This document shows positions 30,640-50,380 of a stretch of DNA of 64,000 bases, piece by piece. This DNA is from Octopus vulgaris (lineage: Eukaryota). The DNA is taken from the NCBI GenBank assembly GCA_951406725.2, contig OX597831.1, positions 15,438,001 through 15,502,000 on the forward strand. The letters run 5' to 3'. The position numbers and the translations under genes are program-made. The first letter of the stretch is position 1. Each line of letters begins with the position of its first letter. The notes under the pieces were generated by a model that ran no database searches, had not been told where the DNA came from, and saw only the letters and a program-made list of their open reading frames with translations.

Positions 30640-30959
30640 ATGCCCAGGAAAAGTTATTCCTTATTTATATCATTTCTCGTTTTCGGTAAGATACTTTGTG
30701 CTTTTATGCACTTGCCTGTTCTAAGATACCCGTGTTTGAGGAAGGAATATTTTCTATTCTAGCTATCCATCTATCTATTCGTCTGTCTGTATGTCTGCCT
30801 GTCTGTTAGTAACTAATCTCTCTGTTTCTCTACCAAACCACCTAATATGTATGTACGTATGTATACATCTATCTATCTATCTATCTATCTATATATCTAT
30901 CGATCTATCTATCTATCTACCTATCTATCTATCCATCTATCTTTCTATCTATCTATCTA

Positions 30960-30998
<39 letters not shown>

Positions 30999-31974
30999 TT
31001 CTCTCTATCTAGCTGCCTACACCTATTTTCTAGTATCTCCGTATATGTCGCTCAGGACATCAACATCCGCTGCTGTCTTTATGCACATACATAAGCACAT
31101 GTGAATATATATAAATTCATTAATTTACTTTGACACTCAAATAATCCTAGCTGCTTCAGTGCGTCGCTATCGTCGACTACAAAGGACTTTGATAACTTTG
31201 AGATGAGTGCAGTGCTAAATTCTTAGGTATTTCAATGCTTAATACACCAAACTTCTCACGGATACGAACTCTGCATCACTATTATAGCTTTGGGAGCCCA
31301 AACCATGATGCCTCGTCTACTCAATGCTCTCCTTTGTATACCTAGAATTTGTTTTCGGAATCATTGACTGGATTGGTACCATGAACATCGACTGTAGTTA
31401 TGGTCTGAAACGCATATAACACTTATTGATCTTGACGTAGTCATTTGCCCCCAAAATAGGGAAATTTGAGAATAGAGCGAGATGGACGATGTGATAGCAG
31501 ATTACATACCGAAAGCACAAGTCCTGTACTGGATGTTTCGCAAGTTTTACAGACGACAGGTGGAACATTTCAATTGCTGAGTGGTATACAAGAAATACAA
31601 AAAAGACCACTCGGCAACATACACGATGATGAGAAGACGACATAGTCAAACGATTTGGCCCAAGATGGGAAAGAAGGAGGATAAATCAAGAATCAATTAG
31701 AAGTGCATATTGATTAACGGTCGATAACAAAAGTCGATAGTCTGATTGGATCGTTGATATATGATGTACGTTCTTTCAATTGTTTCAGCCATTTGAGTGT
31801 GGCCATGCTGAAGCACGACTTTTAATCGAGCAAATCGATGACAAGACTTATACTTTGTAAGCCTAGTACTTATTGTATCGGCCTCTTTAGCCGAACCGCT
31901 AATGCTACAGGGACGTAAACACACCAGCGTCGTTTATCAAGCGGCGTTGGAGGAATAAACAAGCTCATACACAC

Positions 31975-32019
<45 letters not shown>

Positions 32020-32219
32020 CACACATATTCCCATGAAAACGTCTGTCAAATAGAAGCATAATAGGCCGGATATTGTTTGTATCAGAGATGCAAAGATATG
32101 TGTTTTCATAATGTATAGCTACCCTGCATGTATATATATATATATATCTGCGTCTATGTGTAGGCATGTGTGTGTACAATGTATATATGTATATATGTAT
32201 ATATATATATATATATATA

Positions 32220-32294
<75 letters not shown>

Positions 32295-33049
32295 TTCATA
32301 CATATACACACACACACATATATATATTTGTATATATATATATATATATGTATATGTCTGCTTCCCGATAACGCTTAGCTAGTTCTGTGTCGGTGCGTGT
32401 TCAATATTAAAATAGGCTTTGTGCATCATTCATCGTATAAGTTGTGATATGGCAAAATTACATTTACAGCAACATAAAAAAAGCTATTTTCTGCTTTTAT
32501 CTGAGGAAAAAAACACGAAACTACGAAGACGAACGCTTTACAGGGAACCCTCAGCGCTAACGTCGTTACGTACTTATTTCCTGCATTATATGGTGAAGGT
32601 TTTGGTTATAAAAATGGATATTTATCATCATGGCCTGAAGAGAACTGTTAGAACACCTCTTATTTCAGATCAATCAATCAATTAATACCTTATTAATTGC
32701 TCATTTTTGTGTTCTTTCACGTTGTTACTTACGAGTAAAATAACTTGTTTCGAAGTTGAAGACGGAAAATTTCAATATATTTCTTCTCTTTTATATTCAG
32801 GAATCACTTTGACAGAGCTTTGCACTGATACGGCGAAGTCATATTGCAGAGAGGCGAAAAAAAAATATCCAAATCCCCGGACTGATGAGGAATACTGCAA
32901 GTAAGAAGGACATTATTTATGGTCTCCACTTCCTCTTCTCACAATTCCATCTGTTTTTCTTCTTCCTCTTCTTGGTACTACTACTATTACTACTACTGCT
33001 GCTGCTGTTGCTACTGCACCTCTACTACTACTACTACTACTACTACAAA

Positions 33050-33082
<33 letters not shown>

Positions 33083-33757
33083 AACAATAGATTTATTGAA
33101 TTTCACGACGCTATTCGATATTTGCCCGGATGTCTTTTTAGAAGTTACTTGTTGATATATAGTTGATCCTTATTAATTAAAATGACGCTAATGATATTTA
33201 GGTGACGCTACCAGTAAAATCAATCGGTAAATGTTCTTGATATTGTTGCTTATTTGAATGAAATCTGAATTAGTATTTTTGATCATGAGCAGAAAATTCT
33301 AGACAATAGTCATATTTTAGATAAACTTCATGTATAACACGCAAAACTTTTCTAATAAAGGAAAAATTCCTGAAATGTTTTAAAGGATGAAATGCAATGT
33401 CGACCCCAGCGGAATTCAAACTCGGAACGTAGTGGCAAAAGAAACACCGCTAAGCATTTCGGACGGCTTTCTAATGATTCTGCCACATCGCCACCTGCAT
33501 AACACACAAAACTGACACTGATATCATTTGATCCCACACCGTAGTCAATATATGTGTGTGTGTGTGTGTCGTAAATTAAGTACCAGCTACGTACTGAATT
33601 CTTTTAGTAATATGAATGGACACACGCATGAACCCACGCACATATGTATAAATAATGAACGATATATAATATATATTACGGAGATGTACATGCGCAGGAC
33701 GAGAACGAGAGAAAAAATATTGAAGATTGGGAGAAACATTTTTGAAACGTGAAAGAG

Positions 33758-33794
<37 letters not shown>

Positions 33795-33945
33795 TGAGAG
33801 AGAGAGAGAGAGAGAGAGCGAGACTGATAGAAAATGGCACGTGAGGGAAGTAGGGGGAGAAAAAGGTATTTATGGAAGGATGGGGGAAGACACTATATGT
33901 ACATAAGCTACATACATGCATACAAGTATATATATATACATACAA

Positions 33946-34022
<77 letters not shown>

Positions 34023-34147
34023 AGAGAAGAAAATGGAATGGATATAGTAACAATGGAAGACCTAGCACGCTAATAGACGGGAGCGACTTTGGATTTAATT
34101 ATCCCTTGGAGGAACTAATGTCCTCCAGCTTGTAACCTATATATATA

Positions 34148-34199
<52 letters not shown>

Positions 34200-34647
34200 T
34201 AAAAACGGTGAGATAACAAAAGAATGAAATAGAACTCAACATTACGTAAATATAGGAAGTTATCCGTAAAATATTATTTGACAATTATTCGGTAGCGAAG
34301 ATAAATCTCTGAGTTTGTATAACGGTCTTTTTACATAGGGTTTTTCAGATACCCAGATAACCGAAGAGATGGTGCTGTGGATTTACACCTCGTTATCCGA
34401 AACTCAAAGTTTTTTCTCGGCTACCGAGTAATTGTCACATATTATTTTACATGTGTATATATATATACATACATGTTTGTATCTGTATATATAACTTTTC
34501 TCAAAGTTGCAAGAGCATGACTGAATTATCACGAAAGTACTTAGTTTCACGTTTCCACCAGTATTCATTTTCTTTGGTCCTCCACGTTGTATGACGTTTA
34601 TGTGCTTACTGGGATATTCATCTAACAATCACTCTATTTATCTCTTT

Positions 34648-34697
<50 letters not shown>

Positions 34698-35281
34698 CTC
34701 CACAACACATACACATACACTCTCACACGCACACGCTCATAAACACAAACAAATACACAGATACACACATGTCAGAAGGTAGACAAACTATTCCGACGTT
34801 ATTTTGTGTTTCAGTCGTGTGAGAATGTGGGTCAAGTGTTTCGTTGACAGATCCGAATATTGTTCTCTCGTGTTCAAGACAGTGATAAAAGTGATGTGCA
34901 TCGGTAAGTTTTATGCTATTTTATATTTCGTAAATCCTTGTCTTTGAAGATATAATCTTTTTGCCTAACTTCAGATTTTTCTAAATTAAAATATAGCAAC
35001 CTAGAGTTTGGAACAAACCCTCCTGCATTGGTACACTTATATACACATAACTAACCGCTTAAATATACACCACAGACACATCTCTTACATTACTGTATAT
35101 TTATCATTTATTGTAGTAACGAATTTCTCATCTTACTAATAATACACTATGTCACTGCTATGCATTCTATACATTTCTTATGACAGTGAATTATAAACGT
35201 CCATCCAAAACAGTTTTAGAATAACACTAAGTAAAATAGGTTGTATAAATTCGATCCCACTTCTTTCTCTTTACAGATTGA
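30640..35281 (+). CDS. Secreted 6-Cys peptide precursor, copy 2 (79 aa): [79 protein letters not shown]
   Basis: Exons 30640-30685, 32801-32900, 34815-34903 and 35277-35281. Canonical GT-AG sites, same phases as copy 1, intact frame. AATAAA at 35324-35329. Confidence 0.88.
31150..31758 (+). mobile_element. Old RTE-like LINE 3' remnant in intron 1, repeated in each tandem unit (~37310, ~43765, ~50590, ~56740)
   Basis: Translates to ...[23 protein letters not shown]..., resembling the RTE C-terminal D.RW...EW.PR..KR..G motif, with many stops. Confidence 0.55.
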
Positions 35282-35652
35282 AATCATCTATTTTGTACCC
35301 ACTTCGATGATCGGTTTCCAATCAATAAATAGGAATATAGATTTGACACCGAAAAAATTTGAAAAGGAGAAAATAGGTTTATATAAATAAATGTATTTAT
35401 GCGCATCGTATCGTTTGGTTGTTTTTTCGTATTTGTAGATCATTGAACGAAGGATCTATAAGCAAAACCAGAAGATAAACAAGATGTACTACACAATAGA
35501 AGGTGCCTTTATTTCTGCCCTTCCTACATGCGAGAAGATAGGCATACATCCAGAAGGACAGGTGCCACTCGGCCCATTCCTGTTTTCGTAATCAATTGTT
35601 CGGTGGGGAGAGGAATGGTGAGGAGAGGAAAGGCTGTTGTGGCCGATGAAGG

Positions 35653-35715
<63 letters not shown>

Positions 35716-35752
35716 GCTATTACTGCAGCTGCTGCTACTATCTCTACTACTA

Positions 35753-35785
<33 letters not shown>

Positions 35786-35809
35786 TTGCTACCATTGTTG
35801 TTGATGAGG

Positions 35810-36025
35810 TTCCGAACTGACAGAATCGTAAGCACGCTGTTCAAAATGGCTGACGGAATTTTGTAACGTTTTTCGCTCTGAGTTCTAATTCTGACGAGGT
35901 CGACTTTGCCTTTCATTCTGGACGCGTCAATAAAATAAGTCGATAAAATAAGTACCAGCCAAGCACTAGGGTCGATTGAAACCCCTCCCCCGAAATAGCT
36001 GGCATTCACCCCAAAATTGAAGCCT
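35810..36025 (+). mobile_element. Second SINE family copy downstream of the genes (also ~42010, ~49035, ~55065; inverted fragments at ~12250-12365, ~30210-30335, ~33385-33497)
   Basis: cagaatcgtaagcacg...ctgagttcaaattctgacgaggtcgactttgcctttcat...taaaataagtaccag; contains a B-box-like gagttcaaattc. Confidence 0.65.
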
Positions 36026-36794
36026 GTATAATTATTATTATTATCAAATTTATTATTATTATTAATTGATACTAGTAAGACAAATGGTATTGCATAGTAT
36101 TTTCGTTAACAGGAATGTAATCTTGAAATGTGTTGCCACGTGTACTCCTATATCAAGAATCTTTCTCTGAATCATTCTTTTTCTTCTTCTTCTCCCCCCC
36201 CCCATCTTTAGCTTTAATTTTCATTGAGTCTAGAAATTCTAGAAAGCAATGTATTAACGGCATTGTTAACACCAATGGCATTTAGATGCGATTCTCCAAC
36301 AATATTTCATTTAAATAATCGTTTTCTCTACGTTGCTGGATATTCAATGCATATTAACAAGGTAATATATATAACAAAAGCGATATAAAACCTCATTTTG
36401 TCGGTGGCAACACGAATCCATATACAATTTCCTCAAAGAAATGATGGATCCTTCAAGTGTAGCTTTTAAAAGTATCAGTATAAAAAAAAATTCAATTGAA
36501 ACAAGCTTATTATAATGCGGCCATATTCCCTCATTGTAACGTTGCAGTTAATGTGGATTAAAATAGATTTCTTTGTCGATTCAGTTCCATATATGCACCA
36601 TAATAATTAGAACATCCAAGAGATACAGATAAATGGCTTTATATATGTCTTCAGATTATAATTTACAACGTCAAATACTACAAAAGTCATTCGTCTTTGT
36701 AGTTCAAGAACATCTGTTACACCAGAGTCCATCTTATGATTTCAAATAATAATTTAATTGATTACTACAATACTAAAAATTTAGTTCAACCAAA

Positions 36795-37068
36795 ATGCCC
36801 AGGAAAAGATGTTCCTTATTTATATCATTTCTCGTTTTCGGTAAGATACTTTGTGCTTTTATGTACGTTTCTGTTCTAAGATACCCGTGTTTGAGGAAGG
36901 AATATTTTCTATTCTAGCTATCCAACTATCTGTTCGTCTGTCTGTATGTCTGCCTGTGTGTTAGTAACTAATCTCTCTGTTTCTCTACCAAACCACCTAA
37001 AATGTATGTACGTATGTATGTATGTATGTATGTATGTATGTATGTATGTATGTATGTATGTATGTATG

Positions 37069-37165
<97 letters not shown>

Positions 37166-38308
37166 CTCTATCTAGCTGCCTACACCTATTTTCTAGTATC
37201 TCCGTATATGCCGCTCAGGACATCAACATCCGCTGCTGTCTTTATGCACATACATAAGCACATGTGAATATATATAAATTCATTAATTTACTTTGACACT
37301 CAAATAATCCTAGCTGCTTCAGTGCGTCGCTATCGTCGACTACGAAGGACTTTGATAATTTGAGATGAGTGCAGTGCTAAATTCTTAGGTATTTCAATGC
37401 TTAATACACCAAACTTCTCACGAATACGAACTCTGCATCACTATTATAGCTTTGGGAGCCCAAACCATGATGTCTCGTCTTCCCAATGCTCTCCTTTGTA
37501 TACCTAGAATTTGTTTTCGGAATCATTGACTGGATTGGTACCATGAACATCGACTGTAGTTATGGTCTGAAACGCATATTACACTTATTGATCTTGACGT
37601 AGTCATTTGCCCCCAAAATAGGGAAATTTGAGAATAGAGCGAGATGGACGATGTCATAGCAGATTACATACCGAAAGCACAAGTCCTGTACTGGATGTTT
37701 CGCAAGTTTTACAGACGACAGGTGGAACATTTCAATTGCTGAGTGGTATACAAGAAATACAAAAAGACCACTCGGCAACATACACGATGATGAGAAGACG
37801 ACTTAGTCAAATGATTTGGCCCAAGATGGGAAAGAAGGAGGATAAATCAAGAATCAATTAGAAGTGCATATTGATTAACGGTCGATAACAAAAGTCGATA
37901 GTCTGATTGGATCGTTGATATATGATGTACGTTCTTTCAATTGTTTCAGCCATTTGAGTGTCGCCATGCTGAAGCACGACTTTTAATCGAGCAAATCGAT
38001 GACAAGACTTATATTTGGTAAGCCTAGTACTTATGTTATCGGCCTCTTTAGCCGAACCGCTAATGCTACAGGGACGTAAACACACCAGCGTCGTTGGAGG
38101 AATAAACAAGCTCACACACACATATTCCCATGAAAACGTCTGTCAAATAGAAGCATAATAGACCGGATATTGTTTGAAACAGAGGGGCAAAGGTATGTGT
38201 CTTCATAATATATAGCTACCCTGCATGTATATATATATATATATCTGTGTATATGTGTAGCTATGTGTGTGTGCAATGCATATGTGTATATATGTATATA
38301 TATGTATG

Positions 38309-38374
<66 letters not shown>

Positions 38375-38387
38375 TACATACACACAC

Positions 38388-38467
<80 letters not shown>

Positions 38468-39153
38468 GTCTGCTTCCCGATAACGCTTAGCTAGTTCGTT
38501 GTCGGTACGTGTTCAATATTAAAATAGGCTTTGTGCATCATTCATCGTATAAGTTGTGATATGGCAAAATTACATTTACAGCAACAAAAAAAAGCCATTT
38601 ATGCTTTTATCTGAGGAAAAAAAACACGAAACTACGAAGACGAACGCTTTACAGGGAACCCTTAGCGCTAACATCGTTACGTACTTATTTCCTGCATTAT
38701 ATGGTCAAGGTTTTGGTTATAAAATGGATATTTATCATCATGGCCTGCAGAGAACTGTTAGAACACCTCTCATTTCAGATCAATCAATCAATTAATATCT
38801 TATTAATTGCTCATTTTTGTGTTCTTTCACGTTGTTTCTTACGAGTAAAATAACTTGTTTCGAAGTTGAAGACGGAAAATTTCAATATATTTCTTCTCTT
38901 TTATATTCAGGAATTGCTTTGACAGAGTTTTGCACTGATACGGCGAAGTCATATTGCCGAGAGGCGAACGATAAATATCCCAATGCCCGGACTGATGAGG
39001 AATACTGCAAGTAAGAAGGACATTATTTATGGTCTCCACTTCCTCTTCTCACACTTCCATCTCTTTTTCTTCTTCTTCTTCTTGGAACTACTACTATTAC
39101 TACTACTGCTGCTGCTGTTGCTACTGCACCTCCACTACTACTACTACTACAAA

Positions 39154-39192
<39 letters not shown>

Positions 39193-39867
39193 AACAATAG
39201 ATTTATTGAATTTCACGACGCTATTCGATATTTGCCCGGATGTCTTTTTGGAAGTTTCATGTTGATATATAGTTGATCCTTATTAATTAAAATGACGCTA
39301 ATGATATTTAGGTGACGCTACCAGTAAAATCAATCGGTAAATGTTCTTGATATTGTTGCTTATTTGAATGAAATCTGAATTAGTATCTTTGATCATGAGC
39401 AGAATATTCTAGACAATAGTCATATTTTAGATAAACTTCATGTATTACACGCAAAATATTCTCTAATAAAGGAAATACTCCTGAATTGTTTTAAAGGATG
39501 AAATGCAATGTCGATCCCAGCGGAATTGAAACTCGGAACGTAGTGGCAGAAGAAACACCGCTAAGCATTTCGGACGGCTTTCTAATGATTCTGCCACATC
39601 GCCGCCTGCATAACACACAAAACTGACACTGATATCATTTGATCCCACACCGTATTCAATATATGTGTGTGTGTGTGTCGTAAATTAAGAACCAGCTACG
39701 TACTGAATTCTTTTAGTAATATGAATGGACACACGCATGAACCCACGCACATATGTATAAATAATGAACGACATATAATATATTTTACGGAGATGTACAT
39801 GCGCAGGACGAGAACGAGAGAAAAAAGTATTGAAGATTGGGAGAAACATTTTTGAAACGTGAAAGAG

Positions 39868-39929
<62 letters not shown>

Positions 39930-40060
39930 AAGAGCGAGACTGATAGAAAACGGTAGTGAGGGAAGGAGGGGGAGAAAAACGTAATTATAGAAGGATTGGG
40001 GAAGAAACCATATGTACATAAGCTACATACATGCATACAAGTATATATATATACATACAA

Positions 40061-40125
<65 letters not shown>

Positions 40126-40254
40126 AGAAAATGGAATGGATATAGTAACAATGGAAGACCTAGCACGCTAATAGACGGGAGCGACTTTGGATTTAATTAT
40201 CCCTTGGAGGAACTAATGTCCTCCAGCTTGTAACCTATATATATATATGTACAT

Positions 40255-40351
<97 letters not shown>

Positions 40352-40602
40352 TAAAAACGGTAAGATAACAAAAGAATGAAATAGAACTCAACATTACGTA
40401 AATATAGGAAGTTATCCGTAAAATATTATTTGACAATTATTCGGTAGTCAAGATAAATCTCTGAGTTTGTATAACGGTCTTTTTACATAGGGTTTTTCAG
40501 ATACCAAGATAGCCGAAAAGATGGTGCTGTGGATTTACACCTCGTTATCCGAAACTCAAAGTTTTTTCTTGGCTACCGAGTAATTGTCACATATTATTTT
40601 AC

Positions 40603-40657
<55 letters not shown>

Positions 40658-40833
40658 CATATTTGTATCTGTATATATAACTTTTCTCAAAGTTGCAAGA
40701 GCATGACTGAATTATCACGAAAGTACTTAGTTTCACGTTTCTACCAGTATTCATTTTCTTTGGTCCTCCACGTTGTATGACGTTTATGTGCTTACTGGGA
40801 TATTCATCTAACAATCACTCTATTTATCTCTTT

Positions 40834-40887
<54 letters not shown>

Positions 40888-41471
40888 CTCCACAACACAT
40901 ACACATACACTCTCACACGCACACGCTCATAAACACAAACAAATACACAGATACACACATGTCAGAAGGTAGACAAACTATTCCGACGTTATTTTGTGTT
41001 TCAGTCGTGTGAGAATGTGGGTCAAGTGTTTCGTTGACAGATCCGAATATTGTTCTCTCGTGTTCAAGACAGTGATAAGTGTGATGTGCATCGGTAAGTT
41101 TTATGCTATTTTATATTCCGTAAATCCTTGTCTTTGAAGATATAATCTTTTTGCCTAACTTCAGATTTTTCTAAATTAAAATATAGCAACCTAGAGTTTG
41201 GAACAAACCCTCCTGCATTGGTACACTTATATACACATAACTAACCGCTTAAATATACACCACAGACACATCTCTTACATTACTGTATATTTATCATTTA
41301 TTGTAGTAACGAAGTTCTCATCTTACTAATAATACACTATGTCACTGCTATGCATTCTATACATTTCTTATGATAGTGAATTATAATCGTCAATCCAAAA
41401 CAGTTTTAGAATAACAGTAAGTAATATACGTTGTATAAATTCGATCCCACTTCTTTCTCTTTACAGATTGA
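36795..41471 (+). CDS. Secreted 6-Cys peptide precursor, copy 3 (79 aa): [79 protein letters not shown]
   Basis: Exons 36795-36840, 38911-39010, 41005-41093 and 41467-41471. Canonical splice sites and intact frame. Confidence 0.88.
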
Positions 41472-41841
41472 AATCATCTATTTTGTACCCACTTCGATGA
41501 TCGGTTTCCAATCAATAAATAGGAATATAGATTTGACACCGAAAAAATTTGAAAAGAGGAAAAAGTTTTATGTAAATAAATGTATTTATGAACATCGTTT
41601 CGTTTGGTTGTTTTTTCGTATTTGTAGATCATTGACCGACGGATCTATAAGCAAAACCAGATGATAAACAAGCTGTACTACACAATAGAAGGTGCCTTTA
41701 TTTCTGCTCTTCCTACATGCAAGGAGATAAGCATACATCCAGAAGGACAGGTGCTACTCGGCCCGTTCCTGTTTTCGTAATCAATTGTTCGGTAGGGAGA
41801 GGAATGGTGAGGAGTGGAAAGGCTGTTGTGGCCGATGAAGG

Positions 41842-41904
<63 letters not shown>

Positions 41905-41932
41905 GCTATTACTGCAGCTGCTGCTACTATCT

Positions 41933-41983
<51 letters not shown>

Positions 41984-43135
41984 TTGCTACCATTGTTGTT
42001 GATGAGATTCCGAACTGACAGAATCGTAAGCACGCTGTTCAAAATGGCTGACGGAATTTTGTAACGTTTTTCGCTCTGAGTTCAAATTCTGACGAGGTCG
42101 ACTTTGCCTTTCATTCTGTTCGCGTCGATAAAATAAGTCGATAAAATAAGTACCAGACAAGCACTAGGGTCGATGGTTTCCCCTCCCCCGAAATAGCTGG
42201 CATTCACCCCAAAATTGAAGCCTGTATAATTATTATTATTATCAAATTTATTATTATTATTATTGATACTAGTAAGACAAATGGTATTGCATAGTATTTT
42301 CGTTAACAGGAATGTAATCTTGAAGTGTGTTGCCACGTGTACTCCTATATCAAGAATTTTTCTCTGAACCATTCTTCTTCTTCTTCTTCTTCTTCTTCTT
42401 CTTCTTCTTCTTCTTCTTCTTCTTCTTCTTCTTCTCCCTCTCCTTCATCTTCATCTTCTTCTTTTCTCTCCTCCTCTCCTTCTTTCTCTTCTTCTTTCAT
42501 CTACTTGTCCTTCACTTTTTCTTCTTCTTCTCCCCACCCCATCTTTAGCTTTAATTATCATTGAGTCTAGATATTGTAGAAAGCAATGTATTAACGGCAT
42601 TGTTAACACCAAGAATATTTCAATGCGATTCTCCAACAATATTTCATTTAAATAATCGTTTTGTCTACGTTGCTGGATTTTCAATGCATATTAACAACGT
42701 AATATATATATAACAAAAGCGATATAAAACCTCATTTTGTCGGTGGCAACACGAATCCATATACAATTTCCTCGAAGAAGTGATGGTAGTTTCATGTGTA
42801 GCTTTTAAAAGTATCAGTATAAAAAATAAATTTCAATTGTAACAAGCTTATTATAATGCGGCAATATTCCCGCATTGTGACGTTGCAGTTAATGTGGATT
42901 AAAATATATTTCTTTGTCGATTCAGTTCCATATATGCACCATAATAATTAGAACATCCAAGAGATACCGATAAATGGTATAATATATGACTTCAGATTAT
43001 AATTTACAACGTCAAATACTACAAATGTCATTCGTCTTTGTAGTTCAAGAACATCTGTTACACCAGAGTCCATCTTACGATTTCAAATAATAATTTAATT
43101 GGTTACTACAATACTAAACATTTTGTTCAAGGAAA

Positions 43136-48211
<5,076 letters not shown>

Positions 48212-48582
48212 AATCATCTATTTTGTACCCACTTCGATGATCGGTTTCCAATCAATAAATAGGAAGATAGATTTGACACCGAAAAAATTTGAAAAGGAGA
48301 AAATATGTTTACGTAAATAAATGTATTTATGCGCATCGTATCGTTTGGTTGTTTTTTCGTATTTGTAGATCATTGAACGAAGGATCTATAAGCACAACCA
48401 GATGATAAACAAGCTGTACTACACAATAGAAGGTGCCTTTATTTCTGCTCTTCCTACATGCAAGGAGATAGGCATACATCCAGAAGGACAGGTGCTACTC
48501 GGCCCGTTCCTGTTTTCGTAATCAATTGTTCGGTGGGGAGAGGAATGGTGAGGAGAGGAAAGGCTGTTGTGGCCGATGAAGG

Positions 48583-48637
<55 letters not shown>

Positions 48638-48853
48638 TTACTACTACTACTAGTACTACTACCACTACTACTGCTTTTACTACAGCTGCTGCTACTATCA
48701 CTAATACTACTAATGTTTTTGATGCTACTACTACTACAGTTGCATCTGCTGCTGCAGCTGGTACTACTACTACTACTATTACTAATTTTGCTGCTGCTAC
48801 TGCTTCTACTACTACTACTACTCTTACTACGACTACTACTACTACTACTACTG

Positions 48854-48894
<41 letters not shown>

Positions 48895-48926
48895 GTTGCT
48901 GCTGCTGCTACTGTTACTACTACTCT

Positions 48927-48980
<54 letters not shown>

Positions 48981-49030
48981 AGCTGCTGTTGCTTTTACTG
49001 CTGCTGCTGTTGCTACCATTGTTGTTGATG
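48583..49030. repeat. Compound (CTA/CTG)n microsatellite downstream of copy 4 (homologues at ~35652, ~41842, ~54711)
   Basis: Directly visible. It produces the spurious poly-L/S/V ORFs. Confidence 0.9.
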
Positions 49031-50075
49031 AGTTTCCGAACTGACAGAATCGTAACCACGCTGTTCAAAATGGCTGACGGCATTTTGTAACGTTTTACGC
49101 TCTGAGTTCAAATTCTGACGAGGTTGACTTTGCCTTTCATTCTGTTCGCGTCGATAAAATAAGTACCAGCCAAGCACTAGGGTCGATGGTATCCCCTCCC
49201 CCGAAATAGCTGGCATTCACCCCAAAATTGAAGCCTGTATAATTATAATTATTATCAAATTTATTATTATTATTATTGATACTAGTAAGACAAATGGTAT
49301 TGCATAGTATTTTCGTTAACAGGAATGTAATCTTGAAGTGTGTTGCCACGTGTACTCCTATATCAAGAATCTTTCTCTGAACCATTCTTCTTCTTCTTCT
49401 TCTCCTTCATCTTCATCTTCTTCTTTTCTCTCCTCCTCTCCTTCTTTCTCCTCTTCTTTTTTCTATTTGTCCTTCTCCTCTTTTTCTTCTTCTTCTCACC
49501 CCCCCCATCTTTGGCTTTTATTATCATTGAGTCTAGATATTGTAGAAAGCAATGTATTAACGGCATTGTTAACATCAAGAATATTTCATTTAAATAATCG
49601 TTTTGTCTACGTTGCTGGATATTCAATGCATATTAACAACGTAATATATATATAACAAAAGCGATATAAAACCTCATTTTGTCGGTGGCAACACGAATCC
49701 ATTTACAATTTCCTCGAAGAAATGATGGTAGTTTCATGTGTAGCTCTTAAATGTATCAGTATTAAAAAAATTTCAATTGAAACAAGCTTATTATAATTCG
49801 GCCATATTCCCGCATTGTAACGTTGCAGTTAATGTGGATTAAAATAGATTTCTTTGTCGATTCATTTCCATATATGCACCATAATAATTAGAACATCCAA
49901 GAGATACCGATAAATGGTATAATATATGTATTCAGATTATAATTTACAACGTCAAATACTACAAATGTCATTCGTCTTTGTAGTTCAAGAACATCTGTTA
50001 CACCAGAGTCCATCATACGATTTCAAATAATAATTTAATTGGTTACTACAATACTAAAAGTTTAGTTCAAGGAAA

Positions 50076-50313
50076 ATGCCCAGGAAAATGCCCAGGAAAA
50101 GATGTTCCTTATTTATATCATTTCTCGTTTTCGGTAAGATACTTTGTGCTTTTATGCACTTGCCTGTTCTAAGATACCCGTGTTTGAGGAAGGAATATTT
50201 TCTATTCTAGCAATCCATCTATCTGTTCGTCTGTCTGTATGTCTGCCTGTCTGTTAGTAACTAATCTCTCTGTTACTCTACCAAACCACCTAATATGTAT
50301 GTATGTATCTATG

Positions 50314-50380
<67 letters not shown>

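Noticed and set aside
32707-32904. Single-exon [42 protein letters not shown]... repeated in the units
   Set aside because: Only 32801-32900 is exon. The upstream part is intron and polypyrimidine tract, starts at TTG, and has a stop in copy 6 (gaagactga).
33352-33537. Recurrent minus-strand [30 protein letters not shown]...
   Set aside because: It overlaps a SINE head and has no splice or codon evidence.
34358-34410. Possible hammerhead ccgaagag...ccgaaac in each unit
   Set aside because: The core is CCGANGA rather than CUGANGA, and I could not build stems I-III convincingly.
37560-37861. Recurrent ORFs MRIERDGRC... and MLPSGLFVF... in each unit
   Set aside because: They are off-frame or antisense readings of a decayed RTE-like remnant, conserved only because the units duplicated recently.
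48454-49090. Long poly-Leu/Ser/Val/Thr ORFs (also ~35524-35866, ~41713-42064, ~54665-55121, 11953-12264)
   Set aside because: They are translations of (CTA/CTG)n microsatellites, open in several frames on both strands, with lengths varying freely between units.
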